Of a stretch of DNA of 64,000 nucleotides, positions 27,980 through 40,153 are shown one piece after another. The notes below the pieces were generated by a model. It saw nothing but the letters and a program-made list of their open reading frames with translations, searched no databases and was not told where the DNA came from. The stretch's first letter is position 1; each line of letters opens with the position of its first letter. The stretch is from Octopus bimaculoides. Lineage: Eukaryota. The translations under genes were made by a program, and so were the position numbers. The stretch spans positions 122,726,007 through 122,790,006 of the forward strand of contig NC_068982.1 of NCBI RefSeq assembly GCF_001194135.2, given 5' to 3'.

Positions 27980-28147
27980 ATCATCATCATCGTTTAACGT
28001 CTGCTTTCCATGCTAGCATGGAAAGCGGACATTAAACGATGATGATGATGATGATTGATATATNNNNNNNNNNATATATCATCATCATCGTTTAACGTCT
28101 GCTTTCCATGCTAGCATGGAAAGCGGACATTAAACGATGATGATGAT
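27980..28147. repeat. 70-bp loopless palindrome of two head-to-head RTE-type tails, present twice across a 10-N gap
   Basis: Arms 27980-28014 and 28015-28049 centred on CATGCT|AGCATG, 33 of 35 positions Watson-Crick. Second identical copy at 28078-28147. Confidence 0.9.
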
Positions 28148-28153
28148 GATGAT

Positions 28154-28186
<33 letters not shown>

Positions 28187-28949
28187 CAAATAAGAAAATG
28201 GAGAGGATTATCAATTGACAAACATCAGCCTGTAAACATTCATTTGGATCTGTTCATTAATTAATTACAATCATAAGTAAGCAAAATGAATAAACAAATA
28301 AATAAATAAATAAGAATAGATAAATGAATAAAATGAGTGAAGAAATACTAAACTCTTACAGCTGTTTCTACTTTGGAGGTGTCCAACTTGCCAAGGTTTC
28401 CACATCATACTAGTAATATGCAGGGATTGTACAATGGTTGAACAAACATTGGACAGGAGTTGGACAATAATTGAGCCTCAATGCTTCATCAGAGAGGCCA
28501 TAATTTTAGGAATCTAACATGTGAGGAAGTAAGATAAAATAATAAAATAAAATAATAAAAATAGTAAGGTATGGTAAAAAAGTCAATTCCAAGGTAATAT
28601 CCATAAGTTATGGGATTACATCTTATGGTAAAGAAAGTCACTTCCATAAGTACTTTCTATAGGTTATGAGAGTTACATCCTATTTCAATTTACTGGGGGA
28701 AATAGCAATGGTAAGACGTTGTGGAGTGAGTTTAATGGGATGGTCCATTTCACAAGGGTCAAAAGTTAAAGGCTAATGGCTACGTAATAGAGTATCATAA
28801 AAATTAAATTTCTGTTTTACTCCCACTCATACCTATTATTCAATTGTGCTACTGCCCTGCAACAGTAAGCACTTGGATATAAATACGTAGGTATACATCC
28901 AGCAGTATATTGGATATTTATTATCCCTTAGACGGTTGTTCAACGTCTA

Positions 28950-29062
28950 ACTCATATAGACATAATAGAGAAAGAGCTTGACACAGTCTTCTGACTTGCC
29001 AGCTCCTGTCAAACCATCCAACCCAAACCAGCATAGGAGGAGGACATTAAATGATGATGATA
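28950..29062 (+). mobile_element. RTE-type 3-prime tail with (GAT)n
   Basis: CAGTCTTCTGACTTGCCAGCTCCTGTCAAACCATCCAACCC...CAGCAT...GGACATTAAATGATGATGAT; the same tail occurs at 60440-60618. Confidence 0.6.
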
Positions 29063-30662
29063 TGTATGTATGTATGTATATCATCATCATCATCATCATC
29101 CACCATTAAAGGCAATTTATTCACAAAAATGTTTGACTTAAAAATATTTCAAATTATTATTGTAAAAATGCTCTGTTAATTTCCTGGTGAAACAAAATGA
29201 ATATTCTAAATTTCATATGAAGTAGTCTCTAAAAAACTTATATCGCATATAAATTAACAAATGGTTGGATGGGCAGAACATTGTATTTGTCTTCCTTCAC
29301 AGTAAAACTAAAATGTGTTTATACATAATGAATTTAGCTCTGTGTGTGTGTGTGTGTGTGATCAAATGTTTTAACTTTATGTTTAGTTTTGACCACTATA
29401 AATTTTCCTTTTTAAACTAAATATTTTAACTTGAATGAGGCGAGAAAATTGTTTCTATGTATTGATCTCTAAAGTGTTACCAGGCTTTAAAAAAACGAAA
29501 AAAAACTGGAATTGATTCATTTGACTAAAAATTCATCAAGGCAGTGCCTCAGTATGGCCTTAGTTTAACGACCGAAACAAGTAAACGATCAAAGGTGAAA
29601 AATTGTACCTGATTTAAATATTTTATTACTAAGAAAAATAATGACCCCACTATTTCTATACATCTAGTTCCTCCAAAAACACTACTGATATTTGCCATCC
29701 CCTGTGAACTCACAGTACCCCAAAAATATGTTACTACCAGATTATAACTTCTGATCTAGCTATACATAAATTCTATAAGAAAGTGCTCGTTACCAGTCTA
29801 GATGAATAGAAGTGCTAAAAAAATTACTCAGTGTTTCATTAACTTGCAATTCCTAAGTGAAGTTCTACTAAAGGAATAACTTAAAAAACATTATTGTGGA
29901 GTCAGTAGGCTAACCACTTGTTAATGGATAATGAATAAATCTGATTAAGAAAAGTGAACTCTGTTTTTCCTCTGCTTATAAATGTTGCATATGATAAATA
30001 AATATTGATTGAGTTATTGACTGAATGATACTTTAATTTCCTTCTGTGATATTCCATTACTTTATAAGCATTCAAAGTGTCCTCTTAATATGAATACAAA
30101 GAGAAGTAAATAATTTTGATTGCACCTATCCCTTTGTCTATTTATATACTATATTGGAATTATTACCTTTGTATTACATATGATTCTCAATATATGATTC
30201 TGGTTGGTACACCTTGTTACTGCACTTCAGTCTGAATTTGAGTGCATTATCTAATAATGTTTGAGGGAATGAGGGATTGAAAACATGCTCAATGTAGAAT
30301 TGATTGCATTTCAAGATCTGGTATCAGTTGATAAGTCTAGTATCTGATTTATTACTTGTTTTTGTAATGAATTGCACAATTTTGAAATTTTCATTTCTTC
30401 ATAGCCTTATAGTCCAGAATAAAGGCCATATATGTGTGTGTGTGTGTGTGTGTGCATACATATATGTAGTGATCATAGGTTGAGATATCAAGAAATGCAA
30501 AAAACTCTTATACATTGGGATATTGAGACAATATTATTGGTTCCCAAATATATATTAAATTTCTGAGACAGAGCTACCAACTGCTGTTTTCAAGTCTGTA
30601 TTTCATTGGAAATTAGTGTGGACCTTCTACATTTAAAAAATCTAGTTGGACTGGGATTTTTC

Positions 30663-30694
<32 letters not shown>

Positions 30695-33081
30695 ATAAGA
30701 TATTTGTAAGGATATCACCATAAAAGACACAATGATACGAAACAATACAGATAGAAACAGTAAAAAGTTCCTCAGATGTTATGTTTCATGGGTGTAACCA
30801 GGGCTTTTGAAATATGGACAGCTGTATTCATGATTATATCTATGTTTAAAATGATCTGACAGCTTGTAACACATGTTTTTCAAAAGCAGTTACATGTCCT
30901 GAAATTTTGATTTGGAATACCTTATCATCTATACAGATCAACAAAATTTTATACTTCTAACAAATATAACCAACTTAGATTTAATGGTTTTTGCAAATTA
31001 AGGTATGTCTAAGATTGTCAAAACATAATTCAGGATTTGGTTCTATGAAACAGCTACATAAAATGGTTGGCACTAGGAAGCATGAAATTGAGGAATATAA
31101 TTTTTTTTTCTCAAATGCTCTACAAGCAATAATATATTTTCAATTGTCTCCAATAGCTCAATCTTGATCATTCTATCACCTCAGTCTTGTAGCCATCCAT
31201 CCATACATGCATGCATACATACATACATACATACATACATACATACACCTTCCTTTCAGGGTTGATAAAGTACCAGCCCAGTGCTGGTTAGTCTTCTTTC
31301 CTTCTAGCAATCACATCTTGAGTGTTCTTTGGATCAAGAATAGGAGAGTCAAGAGAATAAGTGCATCTCTTGTTACTACACAGGCACCTAAAACAATTAT
31401 TGAAAGTGTAATACATGCTACTAGATCATTTTCAATTCTGAGTGATTGCCATAGTTTATTATATGTGCGTGTGTAATTATAATTTTTATTTCATCTTTAT
31501 AAGGTATGGTAGCTAAATGATTTGGTTACTGGTTTACTAAATTTTATCTCAGTAAATTAATGTATCTTTTGTTTGATCAAAGTTTACAGGTTAAAAAGAA
31601 AAAATAGTTATTATGGACAAAAGTCTAACTTTATTCTGACCTTTGCAAGTTTGAAGGAAAAAAATGGATTTCACAAAATCTTTCACTGAATTTTCTGTCA
31701 TACAAGTCAATGTAGTATATAGTGTAAACATGTAGTGTAAATATTCAAACATCACTATCTTTCCAAATCATGCTGCATTTTACATGGAATTTTGTTTCCC
31801 TAAAGTCATCTTGAAGTATATACTGACCTACCTTTTGTGGCTGTAAATTTTGGCCTGAAAACTTTGACTTGCATGCCAGAAAGCACAATACTTTAAACAG
31901 TTTGTATTAAATCATTTAAAAATTTTAAACCAATATCTGAATGAAAAATTATCAAAACCAAAAATTCTGACTTGTTTTTAACAAACTACGTTATTCTTTT
32001 TGTCCAAAATAAACATTCTAATTCTCTGTATGTTTTTATTTCTATGTTAGTGTTGATGGTGATAAGATATATAACCCAGTTATTGAGGCAACCCTGTAGG
32101 ACTTTATCTACTTAGGGCAAGTCTCATGCTGTAATTGCAATTTATCACTGAAATACAATGAAACACTCACCATGTATAGAGTGCTTCTGTTGTTTGCACA
32201 TATTTGTTGTACCTATTTGCAACTTCATGGACTAAGCTATTCCAGGGTCAGCTATCCTGTCCATAATAAAGCAGTAATGATGCAATACAAATATTTATTA
32301 GCAATTTAGCTTTCTCTCAACTTAGCATATAAAACTTTCGGTGATCCAATAGCATAATGTCATATTTGAATACTGTCTATTTCTATTTGTATATGTGCAC
32401 TTGTGTATAATATGCACTATGGAAAAAGGACTGTTTAGTCAGATGTATTATAATTTGCTGTTGAAAATAAATTGAGAATATTCATACATTCTAAACAAAA
32501 CAAGAAATAATTTGTAAGTAACCTTTGCATTTATTTATCTGTGTAAACCATAAAAATTCACCTGCTGTAAAATCAACATTGTTTAATTCACACTATCAAG
32601 TCTTTCATTTTACATAAAAGAAAGTGTGCGTATTATACACAAATAAATACAGTATACTATATTATGCTATTGGATTCATTTCAATCATTTGTTTGAATGC
32701 TCTCTGGATTAACTTAGTCCTTTTCAAATATTAAAATAATCCTTAAGCCAGGGCAATACAAGATCTGCAATATCACTTGCAGTGGCTTTCTTTATAATGA
32801 TATATAACATTGTTCCATTGTGACAGCTGAAGATATGGACATATGATTGTACATGTAGATGTATGTGTGTATGTATGGGATATATTTTGTATAATTATTT
32901 TTATTACTTTATAAGATTGATGCCTATATATAATTTATTGCTGCATATATATATTTATTGCTGCATAAATTTTCATAGCTGTGCCATGCTATGCTATTCA
33001 ACTTAGTAGTGCTATTATTTAATTTGGTAATAATGCCAATTACAATTGCTCTTTATCTGTAATTTTCATGATTATTATTAC

Positions 33082-33133
<52 letters not shown>

Positions 33134-33318
33134 TTACTTCTCAGAGCTCTCTGTCTTACTTGCTCTGGTTGATTCTGTGAGAGCAGACAGCATCCTGTTG
33201 TCAGAGGTTTCTTTCCACAAATTATAAGCTTTGGAACTTGGATGTGAACTTATCGTGGAAGATATTCAATACCCAAGCACTAATCTCAAAATCCTAGCTG
33301 TCCCTAATAGAACAGATT
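33134..33318 (-). mobile_element. Dong/R4-clade LINE 3-prime terminal fragment
   Basis: Minus strand begins VLLGTARILRLVLGY* (the C-terminus typical of RLE-type ORFs), then a short 3-prime UTR into (AAT)n; microsatellite on both sides. Confidence 0.7.
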
Positions 33319-33323
33319 ATTAC

Positions 33324-33370
<47 letters not shown>

Positions 33371-33480
33371 GACCTATAATCTATATAGTGTTATAAAATA
33401 AAATGCCAAAATACCAATTAACTGGGGTTAATTTAATCAACAAACACTCTCAAAAATTGTGCCTTTGTTAGAAATTATTA

Positions 33481-33515
<35 letters not shown>

Positions 33516-33517
<2 letters not shown>

Positions 33518-33729
33518 GGTGGAAAGCTGACAGAATCATTAGCACACCAGACAAAATGTTTTGTGACACTCCATCTGCTTCTACATTCTGGGTCCAATTT
33601 CTTTTGCAGTTGACTTTGCCTTTCATTCTTTCAGGGTTGATAAAATAAGTACCAGTCAAGTTCTGGGGTCGATGTAATCGACTAATCCCTTCTCCCAAAA
33701 TTTCAGTCCTTATGCCTTTAGTAGAAAGG

Positions 33730-33730
<1 letters not shown>
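33516..33730 (+). mobile_element. tRNA-derived SINE, family C, (ATT)n tail
   Basis: AAGGTGG.AAGCTGACAGAATCATTAGC head, GTTGACTTTGCCTTTCAT.CTTTCAGGGTTGATAAAATAAGTACCAG core, GTAGAAAGG(ATT)n end. Confidence 0.85.
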
Positions 33731-33774
<44 letters not shown>

Positions 33775-33825
33775 ATCATCATCATCATCATCATTATTAT
33801 TATTATTATTATTATCATGATTATT

Positions 33826-34367
33826 ATTGCTTTTGCACAGCTTCTAACGCTGGAGATGTACTACAGTGTCAGCTGTTCACTACCAGTGAACTCAGATAAC
33901 ACCTCTTATTTTTCAAGCACCTTCTGGAGTGTTTGAGCAGTTCCAAGCAGTGCTGTTTTCTGCAAATGCTCCACCCTTATTGCAGCCTCTATTTGTTTCA
34001 CGTACTTCTCGAGATTTTTGCTCGCTGTTCCCAGGNNNNNNNNNNCAGCCTCTATTTGTTTCACGTACTTCTCGAGATTTTTGCTCGCTGTTCCCAGGGC
34101 TCCGACAACTATTGGTACTACTGCTACTTTTTTCATCGACCACAACTGATTAATTTCCCAAGCTAACCTGTCATATCTCTCGACTTTTCTTTCTTCGTTA
34201 TCGCATACCTTGTTGTCAGCTGGGCATGCTATATCTATGATCCAGCATAGTTTGTTTTCTTACTCAGTTAAGATTATGTCCAGCTTCCTATTCTTTGTCT
34301 CATGATCGCACTGAATCATAAAATCCCATAGGATCTTTGCATTTCTATTTTCGACGATGCCTTCAGA

Positions 34368-34368
<1 letters not shown>
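33826..34368 (-). mobile_element. Dong/R4-clade LINE 3-prime fragment (RLE endonuclease)
   Basis: Minus strand KILWDFMIQCDH..NRKLDI...WIIDIACPAD...ERY...LWSMKKVAVVPIVVGALGT...LQKTALLGTAQTLQKVLEK*. Confidence 0.9.
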
Positions 34369-34403
<35 letters not shown>

Positions 34404-34559
34404 GTTTTATTTCCTTCTTTCTTCAAATTTTCTTCCATTTCTCGCCATATGTTTTCCGTACACCTAGGGCAGAGAAACTTATTGTATGCATTCCCAGTTT
34501 ACACACACAAATTCACAGGTAAAATATGTCTGTAAAAAAATTAATAAATAAATAAATTC

Positions 34560-35030
34560 GTGAATGGATGTTGTTTTCACAGCGATAATGCTCTTCTCAG
34601 TACATGGGTCTTCCAGTTAACATGATTTTTTGCACTTCCTGTAGGGATGGTAGGCCTGGTGTCATTTTCAAATAGGTTTCAGTACCTTTTTTTTTATCAT
34701 TCCTAGAGATCCTACAAACACTGGTATGGTAGTCACCTTGAGATGCCACATTTTTTCAATTTCTATTAGCAAGTCTTTATATTTACTGATCTTGTCAAAT
34801 TCTTTCGCCGCTATGTTGTGATCGCAAGGAATACTCATGCCAATTAATAAACATCTTTTTCGTCTGATCTTTTATAATAATATCCGGTTTATTAGCTTTT
34901 ATAGTTTTGTCGGTATGTACGGGGAAGTCCCAGAGAATCGACACATTTTCTCCCTCAGTCACAGCTTCAGGATGGTGTTTATACCATTTGTCAGCGGTTT
35001 TGATTTTATAATGCCGACATTATTTTATTT
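34560..35030 (-). mobile_element. Dong/R4-clade LINE 3-prime fragment, distinct subfamily
   Basis: Minus strand KWYKHHPEAV...SILWDFPVHTDKTIKANKPDIII...SIPCD...KISKYKDLLIEIEKMWHLK..IPVFVGSLG. Confidence 0.85.
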
Positions 35031-35054
35031 GTTATTCTTCTGGAGTTGATTAAG

Positions 35055-35580
35055 TAACAGTCAAGTACTGGGGTTAATTTCATTGACCCATTCTCCTCCC
35101 TTGCCCAAAATTTGCAGCCTTGTGCCTATGTTAGAAATATCTATCTGTCTATTTATGTGCCTATCTATGTAAGGAGTCATTAGTAGTTGAACATAAAGCA
35201 GTGCATTGGTAAAATTACCAGAGTGCCAAAGAAAAATACCTTTTGGTATTCGTTCTTTTTTTTTTTTTTTGCATTTCATCCTTCCAGGGTCAATAAAATG
35301 AAGTGCATGTCAAGAAAAGTGGAGCAATCTAATTGACTTTATTCTACCCCAAAGTTTGTGGCCTTGAGTTGGCAGAATCATTATCATGTCAGACAACATA
35401 CTTGGATGCATTTCATGTCTTTACACTATCAGTTCAATTTTCTGTGAGGTTGACTTTGCTTTTTGCCCTTTCAGAGTTGATAAAATAAGTACAACTTGAG
35501 TACTGAGGTCAATATAATCGAGTAATCCACACCCCCAGTAAAATTTCAGGCCTCATCCCTATAGCGGAAAGTATTATTAT
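35055..35580 (+). mobile_element. Three partial-to-complete family C SINE copies
   Basis: Tail fragment at about 35055-35140, core fragment at about 35265-35360, fuller copy at about 35368-35580 ending in (ATT)n. Confidence 0.7.
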
Positions 35581-35589
35581 TATCTTTGA

Positions 35590-37165
35590 TTTGATTCAGG
35601 TTCAGTCTTATTCTCGGCAGGATTTATGTGAGTAGTGGACTACTACCTGTAACTTTAGGTATCCACTAGCTTTCACTAGTCTTTCAAGTGCTTATAACCC
35701 TCCTGATAATCTTTCCTGTTTCTAAAAGGCAAACTGTCTGTAGAAGCTCTGCAGGACATTCTATTTCAATCTCCTTCAACCATTTGTCTATTTTGTTGCT
35801 TAGTTCCCAATGCACCAATTATTATTGGGACAACCCTTAACTTTTCATACACCAAATTCTTGCAATTTCAAATTTTAAGGGATTATATTTTTTTGTCTTT
35901 TTTTTTTTCATCCTCTTTCTTTATTATCCTGGAATCAAATGGACATGATGGATCAATAAGCAGTTTCACTTTTCCTTGTCTATTACTGTTTTGTCTGGCT
36001 TATTATTTTCTAGCTTCTCATCTGTTTGAATAGGAAAGTCCCACAAAATCTTACAAATCTCTGACTCCAGCACTCTTTCAACTCAGTGTTCATACCATGT
36101 GTCTCCAGCTTCAAATCCCCATTTCTGGCAAAGCCTCCAGTGTAAAACTTTTACAACTTTCCTCCTGTGCCAGCTTGGGGCATTCTGCAACAATGTGTGC
36201 CACTGTCTCATTCCAAGTTCAACAGACTGTACATTTTTCTGACACATCCTCCCCATATACATTTTTCCTCAAATTATTTATTTTTATCACTTGATCCTGG
36301 GTTGCTATAATTAGGATTTCCGTTTCTTTTTTTAATTGCCCCTTTTTTTTAGTCAAGCCCTGGATTTTTTTTCCACATACGTCTTCATTGACTCTCCAAA
36401 ATTGACCACACAAAGGTTTCTCTTCAATTTGTCTAATGTGCTCTCTTTGAATTTCATTCTTGTCTTTTTCTCCTGTTCCAAACTTGATCACCTGTTCCTT
36501 ATTCACTGTCTTTAATAGTTTCTCTGTGCTGTTCTGTAAATATTCTAGTAGGCTTTTTCTTTCCATTTGTACACACTCTTCATAACAATTAAGCCTCTTC
36601 TACCCTGGTCTCTTTAAGTGCAGCCAGTTGATAGCTTTCGGATGGTGGGCTCTATACACTGTCAAGTTTCTGTATGTCATTTTTGGTCCAGTCTACAATT
36701 CCAACTCCATATCTGATTAAGGGTACTGCTCTTGCATTTATTGCTTCAATAACATTTTTTTAATCCAGCTTTGACTGCAATAATTTTCTCACTCTCCTTG
36801 TATATTCTCTACAGGTAATTTATTTCATTTCTTCATCTTTCCTTTCATCTGCTTCCAATATCCCCAAATACTTATACTATTTTCCTTTCTCAACCACTTT
36901 CATTGTTTGTCCATTTGGCTTCCTTCAAATCTTCCTCATTTCATTTTCAACATAGTGCACTTTTCAATCCCAAATTCCATAACAACATCATTTTAGGAAA
37001 TGCAAACAGTATGTATAAGATTTTCAAGCTGTTTCTCATTTTTTGCATAAATCTTTACATTACCCATAAAAGGAAGATGATTTATCTGACCATATCCTTT
37101 TCCCAAATCATAAGCTATTTTGATTTTTCACAATATCAAACTGTGCAGTATCACGGCCAATACAA
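35590..37165 (-). mobile_element. Dong/R4-clade LINE fragment: RT C-terminus, zinc knuckle and RLE (frameshifted)
   Basis: Minus strand INHLPFMGNVKIYAKNE (YMDD-loop equivalent), FGIEKC, YKYLGILE, LKKETEILIIATQDQVI...KCTVC (ORF 36219-36566). Confidence 0.88.
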
Positions 37166-37224
37166 ATAGTAATAATAATCATCATCATCATCATCATCAT
37201 TATTATTATTATTATTATTATTAT

Positions 37225-37420
37225 TAATCGTTAGCATGCCAGGCAAAAATGCTTAGTATTTCATCAGCTGCTATGTTCTGAGTTTAAATTCCGCCAAGGT
37301 CAACTTTACCTTTCATCCTTTTGGGGTTGATAAAATGAGTACCAGTCAAGCACTGGGATTGACGTAATCAACTAACCCCCTCCCCCAATTTTTTCAGGCC
37401 TTGTGCTTATAGTAGAAAGG
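37225..37420 (+). mobile_element. Family C SINE
   Basis: AATCGTTAGCATGCC...GAGTTTAAATTCCGCCAAGGTCAACTTTACCTTTCATCC...GTAGAAAGG(ATT)n, flanked by (ATT)n on both sides. Confidence 0.85.
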
Positions 37421-37453
<33 letters not shown>

Positions 37454-39071
37454 TAGGTGGCATAAGGTAGTAGATTAGCACGACTGTTAAAGTGCTGGAC
37501 AAAATGCTTTGCAGTATTTGTTCCTGCTCTTCATGTTCAAGTTCAAATTTTGCCATGAAGAACTTTTCCTTCCTGCATCAATAAAATAAAACGTTAGTCA
37601 AGTATCACAGTTGATTCAGTCATGTATTTCCTGCCCCCAAATTTCTGACTTTGTATCGATGTAAGACTTTATCAAGCATACTGTTATTTGAAAAGTGCAT
37701 CAATATTTTCCTGCTATCAATATTTTCCGCACTAGTAATGAGGTTCCTCTTGGAAGCCATGTATACAAAAGTTCAGCAACCATAAATGTTCTTAACCCTT
37801 TCTTTTCAATATTCCTATAGAAATATACTACCTTTGTTTCAAGTAATTTTGCAAATAATAAAGTATTAAGATAACTTGTCAATTATTAAGCTGGTATTTG
37901 GAATATAGATTAACATGAAACTTTAATGGAAGGTTTTAATTTAGATCCCTTTAAAACAAGAAGTTTTTTTTTATCATAAAACTAGGGCTGGTCTCAAGTA
38001 TTAAAAGGGCTTATACAACAGTCTTGTAATATATATGGATCTTCATATTTAAACATTTTCTGGAATTTTCTCTTTAACTATCTCTATATTTATAGCTCAT
38101 CTTTGATGTCTTTACAGCAGCAATTGTGAATCATCCCATTTGTAATAATTACAAATGGAATGATGGCCAATTCATTTCTTATAAGCTAAGTTAGAGTAAT
38201 TTTCTTCATTTCTCAACTCGCTTCTGCATGACATTATATAGTCACTCAATTAGTAATGCTGTGTCAAGTATTACAATGCTATTTAGTTTTGTCATGTAAA
38301 ATTATATCAGGTTGGTTGAAGTTAATGACGGTTAGTCTTTGCTACAATTCCATAGAATTTTAGCATTGACTACTTTTAAGACAGGTAGAGGTTCAATTCG
38401 TTGTTGTTGCAATTATTATTATTATTATTATTATTATTGTTTCCTTTCAGTTTCATATATATGTAGAATTATGTTGATGTTTATAATCTCCATTAAACTA
38501 TTTGGTCTAAATTTAAAATCAGTCTTTTGTCATTTCATGTGTCGGTGATGACAGGGATAATAGTTGTGGTGGTGGTGATGATGGTGATGACAGTGATGAT
38601 AAGATGACAAAACAAAATACTACTTTGTGTATTATTAGAATCAGTAACTTTTAAGTTGTACTTGTATGGTGTACATATGTATGTACATGTATGAAGTATT
38701 TTCATACAGTTTATATTCAACTTCAGTAATGTCTTTCATATTTTAATGTAATATGCATACACAACCCACCTCATACAGATATTGTGCCTATGTGTTGGAT
38801 TACATATTATATTAAGCTGTCCTTTAACATGGATTTTGATAATTTCATATATGTATATGCACTTATATATATGTATACGTACATATTCATTATATATAAG
38901 GATTTCTAAAATTAAGAAGTTAAATATTATAAAGTGAATATGTTATGAATGAATTAATTACTAACAATTCTCAACATAAAATATATTGGACATGATAAGC
39001 ACTAACTTGAGAAAGAAAAGATAAACTGGTCTTTCAGTGATGTTTACAATGGCCATGTGCGTGTGTGTGAG

Positions 39072-39103
<32 letters not shown>

Positions 39104-39109
<6 letters not shown>

Positions 39110-39388
39110 AAATAATTAGAAAATGGAGAAAACCACAGATTAACAAACACATTGATTGGACCACATTTATAACTTATTTTTTAATACAAAGCATGACATT
39201 ACAAAATAGGTGATATAACATATCTTACAGCCATTACTGATCAGTTACCAAAATGCAGTCTATAAATAAATGCGAAAATAAAGTTCTTCATCTTCATAAG
39301 GCATTCAAATTAAAATACAATATAAATGTGGTCCAATGGATGTGTTTGTTAATCTGTGGTTTTCTCCATTTTCTAATTATTTGCACTG
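39104..39388. mobile_element. Tc1/mariner-type MITE with 68-bp TIRs
   Basis: Arms 39104-39171 and 39321-39388 match at 65 of 68 positions; CA(A/G)TG termini; TA on the left only. Confidence 0.8.
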
Positions 39389-40018
39389 GTTCCTAATAAA
39401 CTCTTGTTTATCCTGTTGTTATCTGCACTCTACATGTATGGTGTACCTGCACACCAGTGCCCAGGGATAATACAGGTAACGGATACCAATAGTATATACG
39501 GATATTTTATCCCTTAGTTACTATAACTGCTAACTCTGTTTACACTATATATATATATATATNNNNNNNNNNNNNNNNNNNNNNNNNNNNNNNNNNNNNN
39601 NNNNNNNNNNNNNNNNATATGTAGACATTTATATAAATATCCAACTTATTCAGGAAGAGATATAAATATACATTTACCCTTATATTTAACTTACATGCTG
39701 CATATAGAATGGTGATTATTTTTATTCCTTCAACTGTAGATATATTTATTTCTTTTCTTTGTGTTAATTGTAAGACATTATAATGAAATTTTGATCAACT
39801 AAAAGCTCTCCAAAAAGATTTTGTTAAAAAATTTTTGCAAACTTATCTTTCATCAGAAAAATGGTAAAAAAAAAGTTTGGGTTGTTTTTCTACACTGATT
39901 TAAAGAAATATTCCATTTAAACTGAATAATGAATTCTATATATTATTCAAGACCTTTTTTTTTTCTCTTGTATTTAGCCATTTTTTTTTGTTTTTGCATT
40001 TTTATTTTTATTTACAAG

Positions 40019-40153
40019 GCGATGAAGATAGAACTGAACATATGCACCACATGCAGTTACTCCCAAGCTTTTTCCCATCATGTATGTGTGTAGCAATTCT
40101 ACCAATTCTTCATTTGATGGATGATTTTGATGTAAACAATGATGGAATGTCTG
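40019..40153 (+). CDS. unc80: unc80 exon (GDEDRTEHMHHMQLLPSFFPSCMCVAILPILHLMDDFDVNNDGMS)
   Basis: T-rich tract plus AAG| acceptor, G|GTAATA donor. Matches the recalled UNC80 motif FPACICAAVLPIVHLMEDG. Confidence 0.92.

Larger units (their letters stand above)
33068..37453. repeat. Cluster of (ATT)n arrays interleaved with retroelements
   Basis: (ATT)n or (ATT/ATC)n at about 33068-33133, 33318-33370, 33474-33516, 33730-33825, 34371-34403, 37170-37227 and 37421-37453. Confidence 0.95.

Noticed and set aside
28074-28160. Second copy of the 70-bp palindrome
   Set aside because: Identical to the first and separated by a 10-N gap; probably the same overlap artefact, so a tandem pair is not claimed.
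33983-34098. 53-bp exact direct duplication on both sides of the 10-N gap in the Dong fragment
   Set aside because: Identical sequence flanking a minimal placeholder gap is the signature of unmerged overlapping contig ends.
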